DNA from: a virus
Strand: one strand, 5' to 3'
DNA: 64,000 bases
IMG/VR virus record: IMGVR_UViG_3300018080_005856
Span: 32,001 to 96,000 of that record
A model generated the notes under the pieces. The model searched no databases. It worked only from the letters and a program-made list of their open reading frames with translations, and was not told the DNA's origin. This document shows positions 8,555-15,896 of the stretch, piece after piece (position 1 is the first letter of the stretch; each line of letters starts with the position of its first letter). Made by a program: the position numbers and the translations under genes.

Positions 8555-8749
8555 CTAGTCCCCCTTGGTGTTGTCTTTCCTGACCTGACATAGCAAGTAT
8601 CTCTTTGCTATTGCCATGTTCATTTGATAACGGATGGCCCATGATTGAATATCCATAGCCGGCCGTTCAATTGATTTCTCATAATCAACTAGATCCGTTC
8701 CAAACATGGTCAGTGATTTAATGATATCTACTCTACCTGTCTTTGACAT
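8555..8749 (-). CDS. hypothetical protein
   Basis: 64-aa ORF followed by a GGGGACTAGGTCCCC hairpin and T tract. Confidence 0.65.
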   Translation of the reverse strand: MSKTGRVDIIKSLTMFGTDLVDYEKSIERPAMDIQSWAIRYQMNMAIAKRYLLCQVRKDNTKGD

Positions 8750-8752
8750 AAT

Positions 8753-9172
8753 CTATTCTCCGGCTTCTGCCTCCTTTAGCGCGCAGTTGATGCACACCAT
8801 GCGGCCGTCCCTATGCCTCTGAATCCTGAGGCTCTTTGGGGTGTTACTCCAGTATTCTCCACATACATCGCATTTCTCCATATCTGTAGCCCCAAGTTCG
8901 CCTTCCCTTTGATTCATGGCATCTGGGTCAGTTTTCTGGCAGCCACAGTTTTCGCATACCATGTACTCGTCTTCCAGCAACCACCCACAACGACACTCCC
9001 ACATAGGTATCAGGCATTCAGCATAACCAGTTTCCGCTTTTGACTGCCTCTCTTTCTTCCATTTGGAACACACTTCAAGAGCATCTTCCAAGTCGTAGAA
9101 TTCTCCCTTGTGCCATATATTAGAGGTAATGCCGTCTTTGTGATAGCCTATTGATACTACTTTGTACTTCAT
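8753..9172 (-). CDS. zinc-ribbon protein
   Basis: CRC, CENC, CDVC and CINC motifs; AAGGAGG RBS. Confidence 0.7.
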   Translation of the reverse strand: MKYKVVSIGYHKDGITSNIWHKGEFYDLEDALEVCSKWKKERQSKAETGYAECLIPMWECRCGWLLEDEYMVCENCGCQKTDPDAMNQREGELGATDMEKCDVCGEYWSNTPKSLRIQRHRDGRMVCINCALKEAEAGE

Positions 9173-9184
9173 TTAGGAACCTCC

Positions 9185-9376
9185 TTACTGTTCAAATGGG
9201 TTGTACTGCAGCAAACACCAATCTAGCCGTAGTTCTCTTCTCTTTCGCTTCTTCTTCTTCCATGGGAGCTTCTTTGATTCTTCCCATTCTCTGAAGATGC
9301 GTTCTTTCATAGATGCTTTGGCTTCTGCAAGGTCACATAGAGTTTGCGACATTATTTGCAAATAAGTTCTCCTCAT
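9185..9376 (-). CDS. small basic hypothetical protein
   Basis: AAGGAGG RBS; LPWKKKKRKRREL motif. Confidence 0.7.
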   Translation of the reverse strand: MRRTYLQIMSQTLCDLAEAKASMKERIFREWEESKKLPWKKKKRKRRELRLDWCLLQYNPFEQ

Positions 9377-9423
9377 AGTTTCTATTCCTCCTTTATATAG
9401 TCTATTCTATGGAATTGCTCCAC

Positions 9424-9669
9424 CTATAGTCCTTGTGGCATTGGCATCCAGCCAGCAACATCTTCGCATGCTATATATGCTGGAATGAATCCATCATCAA
9501 AGTATAATGCGTTCTTAAGCTGATCTCTATAGCATGTGCCACCAAATTCCTGGTCATCTTTGGACAGATAACCAACGGTGACCCGGTTGCGTGTCCTATT
9601 GGGATAGACCAGTGACAGTATAATTGTCTTACCCTCTATAGGGTCCCTATCCGTAATCCAGTCATTCAT
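9424..9669 (-). CDS. DUF551-like protein
   Basis: N-terminal WITDRDP and C-terminal VAGWMPMP motifs. Confidence 0.7.
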   Translation of the reverse strand: MNDWITDRDPIEGKTIILSLVYPNRTRNRVTVGYLSKDDQEFGGTCYRDQLKNALYFDDGFIPAYIACEDVAGWMPMPQGL

Positions 9670-9670
9670 G

Positions 9671-9991
9671 TCATGACCTCCTCTCTTTCATTTCGAGCCT
9701 CTCGAGTCTCTCGTTCTCAAGCATATCCACCATTCTTCTATAGGCCTCATCTAGCATCTCTATGTGATCCATCGGGTAGCCGGTCCAAGTCATCATCTCT
9801 GCTACTATTTGACCAAACCATTTTACCAAACCGCCCATACTTGAGAGATCGCGCCCGGCCATGTCTAGTGGGCTACCTTGCACTTTTGTGCTGTTGACAA
9901 CCCCGATTAGATCCTCGAGGAAGCTAGCCTTGTTAGCTAATTCCCTAATGACATTACTCATGTCCTCGATCAGTTCGTCTTTTATTACCAT
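9671..9991 (-). CDS. hypothetical protein
   Basis: AAGGAGG RBS, 106 aa. Confidence 0.7.
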   Translation of the reverse strand: MVIKDELIEDMSNVIRELANKASFLEDLIGVVNSTKVQGSPLDMAGRDLSSMGGLVKWFGQIVAEMMTWTGYPMDHIEMLDEAYRRMVDMLENERLERLEMKERRS

Positions 9992-10009
9992 TGTTCGTCC
10001 TCCTTACTA

Positions 10010-10375
10010 TTATATGTTACTATTAGCATAGAAGATAATAGTGTTAGGTTTATCCAAGGATTCTGCCAGATCTAGTGAGTGCTTTGTTCCTCTGCTTTCT
10101 CCATCCCAGAATGCCAGAACCATGTCACAATGATCCACTATGAGCTTATTCCTCTTGTATCCCGCTGATTTGCCGTACTTGTTCCACTCAGCTCTGAATA
10201 CTGTCAAGGGTATATTGTTCTCATTCGCATATCTTGCTCCCAGGGAATCAGCTCCCCTGGCACCGCCAGATACTATTTCCTCTATTTCGTGACCGTTTCT
10301 TATGAGCTCTTCAACACTCTGCTTGAGTAATTCATAGTCGTCGAATTCTCTTGATCCTATTATTGCTAGTATCAT
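10010..10375 (-). CDS. SLOG-family (YspA/DUF2493-like) protein
   Basis: IIGSREF...IVSGGARGADSLG...AEWNKYGKSAGYKRN...AFWDGESRGT motifs. Confidence 0.9.
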   Translation of the reverse strand: MILAIIGSREFDDYELLKQSVEELIRNGHEIEEIVSGGARGADSLGARYANENNIPLTVFRAEWNKYGKSAGYKRNKLIVDHCDMVLAFWDGESRGTKHSLDLAESLDKPNTIIFYANSNI

Positions 10376-10499
10376 GTTACATCCTCCTTAAGTTATATTC
10401 ATATATATAGAAAGGCGAATCTTAAGCCATGTGTTCCAGAGTACCAGTAAAAGAAGCGGGCGTTAGCCCGCGGTTGTTTCTCACTATGATGACCTATTG

Positions 10500-10781
10500 C
10501 TACTCGGGGTAGCTGTTGTCGCCCTCGGCTTCAGCTTCCTCGGGTTGCTCTTTATTAGCTTCAGCAACAGAGCCACTTACCTTCTCAAGATACTCCTTTG
10601 CAGGTATTGTGACTTCATAGGTCGGAAGTATGATGGTCGTCCTCATGATGTCTTCACCGGTTGACTTGTTCTTATAGTCACCCTTACGCTCTCTGAACTC
10701 ACATTTCTTGAGAACTTCCTCATCAAATAAGCCCATCTTCTTTAGCTGAACGAATTGGCCTCTAGTAATCGTACATTGCAT
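10500..10781 (-). CDS. hypothetical protein with acidic tail
   Basis: CAGGAGG RBS; followed by the GCGGGC-TAAC-GCCCGC terminator. Confidence 0.7.
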   Translation of the reverse strand: MQCTITRGQFVQLKKMGLFDEEVLKKCEFRERKGDYKNKSTGEDIMRTTIILPTYEVTIPAKEYLEKVSGSVAEANKEQPEEAEAEGDNSYPE

Positions 10782-10981
10782 GACGATACCCTCCTGTTTG
10801 TGATTCGCGAATCAAGAATGATTCACGCGAGATATTTCTATCTCATATGTATGGAAAGGAAAGGGCCTTTCGGCCCTTAGGGATCATAGCGTTTATCAAA
10901 CAAGGGATGACCCCTTATCAATCATCATACTAGGAGATACCATAAATATGGAAAAAGAGAGCTGGCCTGCTCTCTTAATCC

Positions 10982-11104
10982 GTGCGTGTTATAGTATTGG
11001 CTTTGTTCCTGCGGTCAGCCTACCCAGCAGTTGAGCAGTTACAGGAACTATAAGTGCTCACCACCGGCTCCTCTGGATCCGCGAAATCCTTCGGGATAAC
11101 ACAC
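10982..11104 (-). ncRNA. candidate structured ncRNA with kissing loop
   Basis: Closing stem GTGTGTTAT/ATAACACGC; hairpin CCGGTGGTGAGCA/TGCTCAACTGCTGG whose loop GTTCCTGT complements loop GCAGGAAC of the next hairpin; has its own promoter motif and terminator. Confidence 0.55.
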
Positions 11105-11139
11105 CTCTGTATTATACCACGAGTAAGGAATCGAAGAAA

Positions 11140-11340
11140 CTATCCTCCGGCTCCATGCTTACAAAGACAGTCCTTAGACACACACTTACCTGTGTGATCA
11201 ACCTGACATGGGCCGCAGCCTTCACATATAACTACGGCATACATGCCTTTCCTGGTATCCTCTTCTGATGATAAACCGGATAGATCGCCTAGATCTTCAC
11301 CAAAGTGATCTATACTGCACTGCTTACAGAAATCAGCCAT
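11140..11340 (-). CDS. small Cys-rich protein
   Basis: MADFCKQC...CEGCG...VDHTGKC; CAGGAGG RBS. Confidence 0.75.
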   Translation of the reverse strand: MADFCKQCSIDHFGEDLGDLSGLSSEEDTRKGMYAVVICEGCGPCQVDHTGKCVSKDCLCKHGAGG

Positions 11341-11398
11341 AGCTATTCCTCCTGTATTATAGTCACAGTTATGGAAAAGATGAGAGCCAGAGGCTCTC

Positions 11399-11677
11399 TT
11401 ATCCGAGATGTATGGGTCTGTTCTTCATATAGATATAGGCAACAAGTCCAGCTACGGCTACACATCCGAATCCTGTGAGGAACAGGTACAGAATAGTAAG
11501 CCATATGCTTCCAGTTCCTATCAAGAACAGAACTATTGAGCCTGTAGCCATGGCCCCTACTATCCATAGTTTCTTATCGTAGATATTCGGGTTGTTTCTC
11601 TTTACATTCACTGAGAATGCCCACCAGCTTACTACGATAGAAGCCACATAAACCAGAACGGCTAGAAATGTAATCAT
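11399..11677 (-). CDS. membrane protein (3 TM)
   Basis: Three hydrophobic segments; GGAGGAGG RBS. Confidence 0.75.
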   Translation of the reverse strand: MITFLAVLVYVASIVVSWWAFSVNVKRNNPNIYDKKLWIVGAMATGSIVLFLIGTGSIWLTILYLFLTGFGCVAVAGLVAYIYMKNRPIHLG

Positions 11678-11722
11678 GATAACACCTCCTCCATCTATTC
11701 TATCAGTAAGGAAAGAAGGGGA

Positions 11723-11923
11723 CTACTCGTCCCCGAAGATGTTGTCCTGGCATTTCTGGCACAACCCTGATATTTCGTACTCTTTCCGAGATAGATCATC
11801 TCTGAAGCTATTCGGATTAGGGAGTACTACTTGATGGCAAATAGGACATCTACGTGACTCTATGTCCTTCTTTGCCTCAGGGAATACCTTGAATACGGGT
11901 TTGTTAAGATCTGGTTTATTCAT
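11723..11923 (-). CDS. small zinc-binding protein
   Basis: CPIC...FRDDLSRKEYEISGLCQKCQD motif. Confidence 0.75.
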   Translation of the reverse strand: MNKPDLNKPVFKVFPEAKKDIESRRCPICHQVVLPNPNSFRDDLSRKEYEISGLCQKCQDNIFGDE

Positions 11924-11978
11924 GTCTAAACAGCCTCCAGACTAACCATATTATGAATATTACTATCAACAATTCCAT
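11916..11978 (-). CDS. 20-aa hydrophobic micropeptide
   Basis: TAAGGAGG RBS then MELLIVIFIIWLVWRLFRHE*. Confidence 0.5.
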   Translation of the reverse strand: MELLIVIFIIWLVWRLFRHE

Positions 11979-12009
11979 GACTGGCCTCCTTATCATAAGT
12001 ATGAAATTT

Positions 12010-12641
12010 ATCCCCCTTTCCTGTATCCGGGGTACCATTGTCCCTTCAGACTCGCGCCCCTCTTGAGGAAGCTTAATAATAACAGAGCGCACCATTCCAG
12101 ACATCTGCGAGCGAACGGCGCCAGCCGGCCGGAGATGCACAGCTATGCCTGTCATTCTACCGTGCGTCATTCAAGAGATGGAATTAAGCCTCGCGAGGGA
12201 CTAAAGAGAAATACTCTGACGGCTACTCGTCAATAGTCTAATAAGGGATTATCGCCCGGGAAAATAGCCCTGTAACCCAGTACATTTCCCTATGGCTCCG
12301 GCTATTGCTCGGTCACTCTCCCCCTCAAGGGGGCCGGACGCCTCTTACAATCCTATTTCTCAGCTGTTTTCATGTACATCCCTCTCCTGTACATGAATGC
12401 TGTCGACACTTCCATAAATCCTCCGGGGAAAGGGTAATCACCCCCAGATATCCAGTATAAATACTGATATATCCAGGGACGGGGGAGGAAATCCCCCGGA
12501 CCCCCTCTATTCCTAGCCAATCAAGATCCTGAACCGGTAAAATATATAGATCGGGTATGAGCCGATCCATATATCTGTCACAGAAGCGTCAGCCACACCC
12601 CTGCCGGTCGGCCCCACCAATGGCTGAAATGGGAAGGCCCC
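12010..12641 (-). ncRNA. candidate large (~630 nt) structured ncRNA
   Basis: No RBS-led ORF; GC-rich; many stems including long-range GACGCTTCT/AGAGGCGTC and a pseudoknot; starts right after the promoter motif at 12647. Confidence 0.6.
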
Positions 12642-12671
12642 ATTTGTATGGAAAAGAAGAGGCCGTAGCCT

Positions 12672-12938
12672 CTATTCATTGCTAGTTGATATGACTATTC
12701 GCCCTTCATCATCAAACTCGTTGTTGTGTTCGTATGGGTTATACCCCATCCTCTTTAAATCATGTAAGGCGGCACGGCAGGATTTTATCTCGCCGTTGCA
12801 ACTAAAGACGATAAGTATGGTGATATGGTCACCAGTATGCTCGTCCACCGCGCAGAGGTCAACGTTAGTATGGACGGACTTCTCCAGCACTATACACCAG
12901 TGCTTGTTTTCTTTATGTTTTCCTTCAAACATTCTCAT
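12672..12938 (-). CDS. hypothetical protein
   Basis: AAGGAGG RBS; terminator AGAGGCTACGGCCTCT overlaps the stop. Confidence 0.75.
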   Translation of the reverse strand: MRMFEGKHKENKHWCIVLEKSVHTNVDLCAVDEHTGDHITILIVFSCNGEIKSCRAALHDLKRMGYNPYEHNNEFDDEGRIVISTSNE

Positions 12939-13058
12939 CTCTATTTCCTCCTTGTTTTATCATAGCCAATTTGGGGGGTCTACCAAAGCAGAACACCCCC
13001 AAAGTAAGCTATTATGATCAACGTCCTCATAAATATAGAAAAGAAGAGGCCGTAGCCT

Positions 13059-13334
13059 CTATACTCGCCAGGTTCTTATATCATTGACGGCCTTACTAAT
13101 ATCAACGTGTTGAGCCAGAATATCTCGGGCTACGTCTATCTTTCCCTGTCTGTAGGCCTCGTACCATATGGCCTGAGTAAGCTCAGATATTGCTTTTATA
13201 TCCTCATCTTTTACATCCTTTCCCATATGTACTACCTTATCCAGGAACTGGAAAGCGCATCTGTGGATTTGAACTCGGTGCAGCTCACTATCCTCTGAAA
13301 ACGTTACTTCACATAGAACTAAAGAATCGTCCAT
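13059..13334 (-). CDS. hypothetical protein
   Basis: AAAGGAGGT RBS sets the start at 13334 (MDDSLV); same terminator sequence as the next gene. Confidence 0.7.
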   Translation of the reverse strand: MDDSLVLCEVTFSEDSELHRVQIHRCAFQFLDKVVHMGKDVKDEDIKAISELTQAIWYEAYRQGKIDVARDILAQHVDISKAVNDIRTWRV

Positions 13335-13408
13335 GTATATTACCTCCTTTAATGTAGTTGACTTATGATCAATGTCCTCGTAAATATGGAAAAGAGGGCT
13401 ATTAACCC

Positions 13409-13816
13409 TCAGTGTGAGCATGGTGCCCCTGTAGCAAGGCGCGCCTCAGCGTCAGCGGGGTTCTCACCCGCATTTACATGGACAAACTCTATTTCTATTT
13501 GGTCCTTCACACGAGTTATCCACTCCTGGTACTCTTTTGTGGCCGGTTTCTTAGCCTTCCAAGAGCCATTCGCCCAAGCAGATACACCTTCGTAGTAGTG
13601 TTTAATGACTACTTTCTCGTACCCCTTGGAATGAGCATATCTGACAGCCTCTATGGCTGCCTTGATTTCGCCCCCTACGTTCCTCATAGAGACAATATCG
13701 TCCCTAACTAAGGCGCCATGGGCTTTATACCCATCAGAAGCCACTATCCCCCAACCCACAAGGGTTGGATTATTAATAGTAAACGAGCCGTCAGTATAAA
13801 CCTCTATAGTTCTCAC
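13409..13816 (-). CDS. RNase HI-fold protein (possibly catalytically altered)
   Basis: VYTDGSF, RNVGGEIKAAIEAV, EGVSAWANGSWKAKK and NPADAEAR motifs; GGAGGTG RBS with GTG start. Confidence 0.85.
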   Translation of the reverse strand: MRTIEVYTDGSFTINNPTLVGWGIVASDGYKAHGALVRDDIVSMRNVGGEIKAAIEAVRYAHSKGYEKVVIKHYYEGVSAWANGSWKAKKPATKEYQEWITRVKDQIEIEFVHVNAGENPADAEARLATGAPCSH

Positions 13817-13864
13817 AACATCACCTCCAATACAGATATATAACAAATCTCATATATATAGAAA

Positions 13865-14245
13865 CACGCTATATTACCTCTTTTATTACCTTTACATACT
13901 GAGATATTACCCTCACTACATACATCTCATTGCCCTTACATACAATATGGGGGTGCGTCCCTCTATACAGTACTCCCCTTCTATGCCATTACAATACCTA
14001 TACCGGGTACAATACAATACAATACTAGATACAATACCAGGTACATGAACTTGACAGGGCTAGGACGCTCATTATTTATATACTGAGCTATTATTTGTGA
14101 CCTGACTTATGCAGGTCATTATATGGGTTTAAGACCCATATTATTGGCAAAACTGTCAGATTCTTGACAGTAATTTGCTTATGGGTTCCCCTCCCTAAAG
14201 GGCACCCTCCCCATGTGTTCCTTATGTGTTTTTATGTTAAAAGGG
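13865..14245. repeat. non-coding region with CAATA/TATTAC short repeats and hairpins
   Basis: tacaatacaatacaatac at ~14008-14025, tattacc x3, inverted repeats TGACCTG/CAGGTCA, ATATGGGT/ACCCATAT and CTGTCA/TGACAG. Confidence 0.5.
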
Positions 14246-14248
14246 GGC

Positions 14249-14584
14249 CTAGTGGCCCCAGATCTTATGGTCTTGATACTTCCATATAGGCAGTGATATG
14301 CTATATACTAGGGCGCCTAGCACCGCAGTATTTCTACAGTAGTACCAGAGACACTTCAATATGGCCGGATAGCCGTAATAATACGCTACCAGGGTCCATA
14401 TTCCGAATATGAAGGAACAGGTATATGCCAGCATAGCTAGCGTTTCACTTTCCCTCCATGTTGCCATTCCTATCAGGAATAGCACCGCAGTTATAATATG
14501 TAACCCATACGCTACAGATAGGACACTTCCGTATTCTGTAGACTGACTCAGTATGGGCCTTCCCTCTATAATGAACCAATCCAC
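14249..14584 (-). CDS. membrane protein
   Basis: Three hydrophobic segments; GGAGGT RBS with GTG start. Confidence 0.7.
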   Translation of the reverse strand: MDWFIIEGRPILSQSTEYGSVLSVAYGLHIITAVLFLIGMATWRESETLAMLAYTCSFIFGIWTLVAYYYGYPAILKCLWYYCRNTAVLGALVYSISLPIWKYQDHKIWGH

Positions 14585-14764
14585 GATTACCTCCAGTAAG
14601 TATGATTATATTGTACTTTCTTGCTGTTATGGGCTGTCACAGCAAGGAGACGAGGGGGTAGCCTAAGTACATAGGCATCCAGATTCCGAGTCAGGTACTG
14701 GCTAAACGACAGTCCTGATTCTCACCCATGGGTATGGAAACGTAAAGGGGAGGGCCTTAGCCCT

Positions 14765-14944
14765 CTATTCTAATGTGGTTACGATCTCTTTTACCAACTC
14801 CATTCCCTCTTTCCCATACTCTATGAGTTTAGGGAGTTCATCTCCGGAGATCTCATATTTGAGATCTACTTTGGCGCCTGACAGGCTGAACTTCTCGTCC
14901 GGGACTTCAAGGGACTTTACTTCGAATGTCATTTGCATGATCAT
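14765..14944 (-). CDS. small hypothetical protein (59 aa, not in ORF track)
   Basis: AGGAG RBS; MIMQMTFEVKSLEVPDEKFSLSGAKVDLKYEISG...; flanked by a promoter motif and a terminator. Confidence 0.7.
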   Translation of the reverse strand: MIMQMTFEVKSLEVPDEKFSLSGAKVDLKYEISGDELPKLIEYGKEGMELVKEIVTTLE

Positions 14945-15035
14945 GATATATACTCCTGTTAGTATGATTTGGGACTCTATATCCCACTATTATGGAAAGA
15001 TGAGGGCCTATTAAGCCCTCTATGTTTACTCGGTT

Positions 15036-15308
15036 TTAACCCTCTCTGACGGTAGCTGTCTGCCGGGACAATTTCTCCATCTTTACGAGGGCTTTCTGCT
15101 CTTTCCTGTATGCGTTTACAGCATTAAGCAGGTGCTGCCTGCAGACGTGGCAGGACATGATATGATCGATTGTTTCGATGTTATCATGAATGAGCTTCTC
15201 GCTCTTCTCTGCATTGTTACAGGTATTATGTTCGACCCACTTCTTCTCCAGTTTGTGAGAAGTGTTTGCGAGTCCTGTTACGGCGTTAGTTACTATGTTC
15301 TTAAACAT
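15036..15308 (-). CDS. hypothetical protein
   Basis: TAAGGAGGT RBS; 90 aa; H..SC..C motif. Confidence 0.7.
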   Translation of the reverse strand: MFKNIVTNAVTGLANTSHKLEKKWVEHNTCNNAEKSEKLIHDNIETIDHIMSCHVCRQHLLNAVNAYRKEQKALVKMEKLSRQTATVREG

Positions 15309-15347
15309 AGTGGTACCTCCTTAGGTAATATTCATGAGTATGGAAAA

Positions 15348-15473
15348 GAGAGGCGAGCCGGTGCAATATCCTGCGTGCCCTCGTTAACTTTCAGATGTTT
15401 CGGGAGTAACCCTATCAACTGTTGGTATGGAGTGACGCATTCCCTTTCCCCGTTGGGACACCGTGATCCTCTC
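15348..15473 (-). ncRNA. candidate ~125-nt structured ncRNA
   Basis: Nested stems GAGAGG/CCTCTC, CGGTGT/GCACCG and TGCGT/ACGCA; begins at the G of the promoter motif and ends in a T tract; no ORF. Confidence 0.5.
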
Positions 15474-15495
15474 ATTTATATGGAAAGAGAAGGGG

Positions 15496-15684
15496 CTATG
15501 CCCCTAGGATTGACATTCCTGTGTATTTCCCTTTCTCCAGGGTTTCTACCACCGCTTTCTTTATAAGATCAGTAGGCCTGCCAAGGATAACACCCAGAAA
15601 CAGAACGAAGTCTGCCTCTTTCTTGTTTACCTCTGGGGCACCAGATTCTCTGATCTTCCGCTTCCAAATTGACATTGATATCAT
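15496..15684 (-). CDS. hypothetical protein
   Basis: GAGGAGGT RBS; terminator overlaps the stop. Confidence 0.65.
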   Translation of the reverse strand: MISMSIWKRKIRESGAPEVNKKEADFVLFLGVILGRPTDLIKKAVVETLEKGKYTGMSILGA

Positions 15685-15896
15685 CTCAGTACCTCCTCAA
15701 TATTGATATGAATCCCGGCTTCCTCAAAACGTCTTACTGTCTCGAGGTTATCTATGAACCCGGGTAACTCTCTCTTTACCTGCTGTAGCATGCGGGTGAG
15801 CTTTTGCCTCGCTACAACATTCCTACGAATCTTATCAATATCAGAGTCATTAAGGCCCTGTATAAAGCGTATAGCTTTAATCATATCTATTTTCAT
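15681..15896 (-). CDS. hypothetical protein
   Basis: AAAGGAGG RBS. Confidence 0.7.
   Translation of the reverse strand: MKIDMIKAIRFIQGLNDSDIDKIRRNVVARQKLTRMLQQVKRELPGFIDNLETVRRFEEAGIHINIEEVLR

Noticed and set aside
8472-8642. N-terminal extension of the 270-aa ORF 7830..8642
   Set aside because: It overlaps gene 8555..8749, a terminator and a promoter motif; the strong RBS points to the ATG at 8471.
10982-11104. Lysine riboswitch or SRP Alu-domain resemblance
   Set aside because: Only AGAGGAGC and a kissing loop match; the other helices and conserved motifs are missing and the RNA is too short.
11979-12570. ORFs 11916..12170 (upstream part) and 12370..12570 as proteins
   Set aside because: No RBS, and both lie in densely base-paired sequence better explained as ncRNA; only the 20-aa C-terminal peptide has an RBS.
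15348-15473. Cobalamin riboswitch resemblance (GGTGTCCC...AAAGGGAATGCG)
   Set aside because: The following GGTG..AA.TCC T-loop, the GC(A/C)ACTG core and the B12 box are not properly present.
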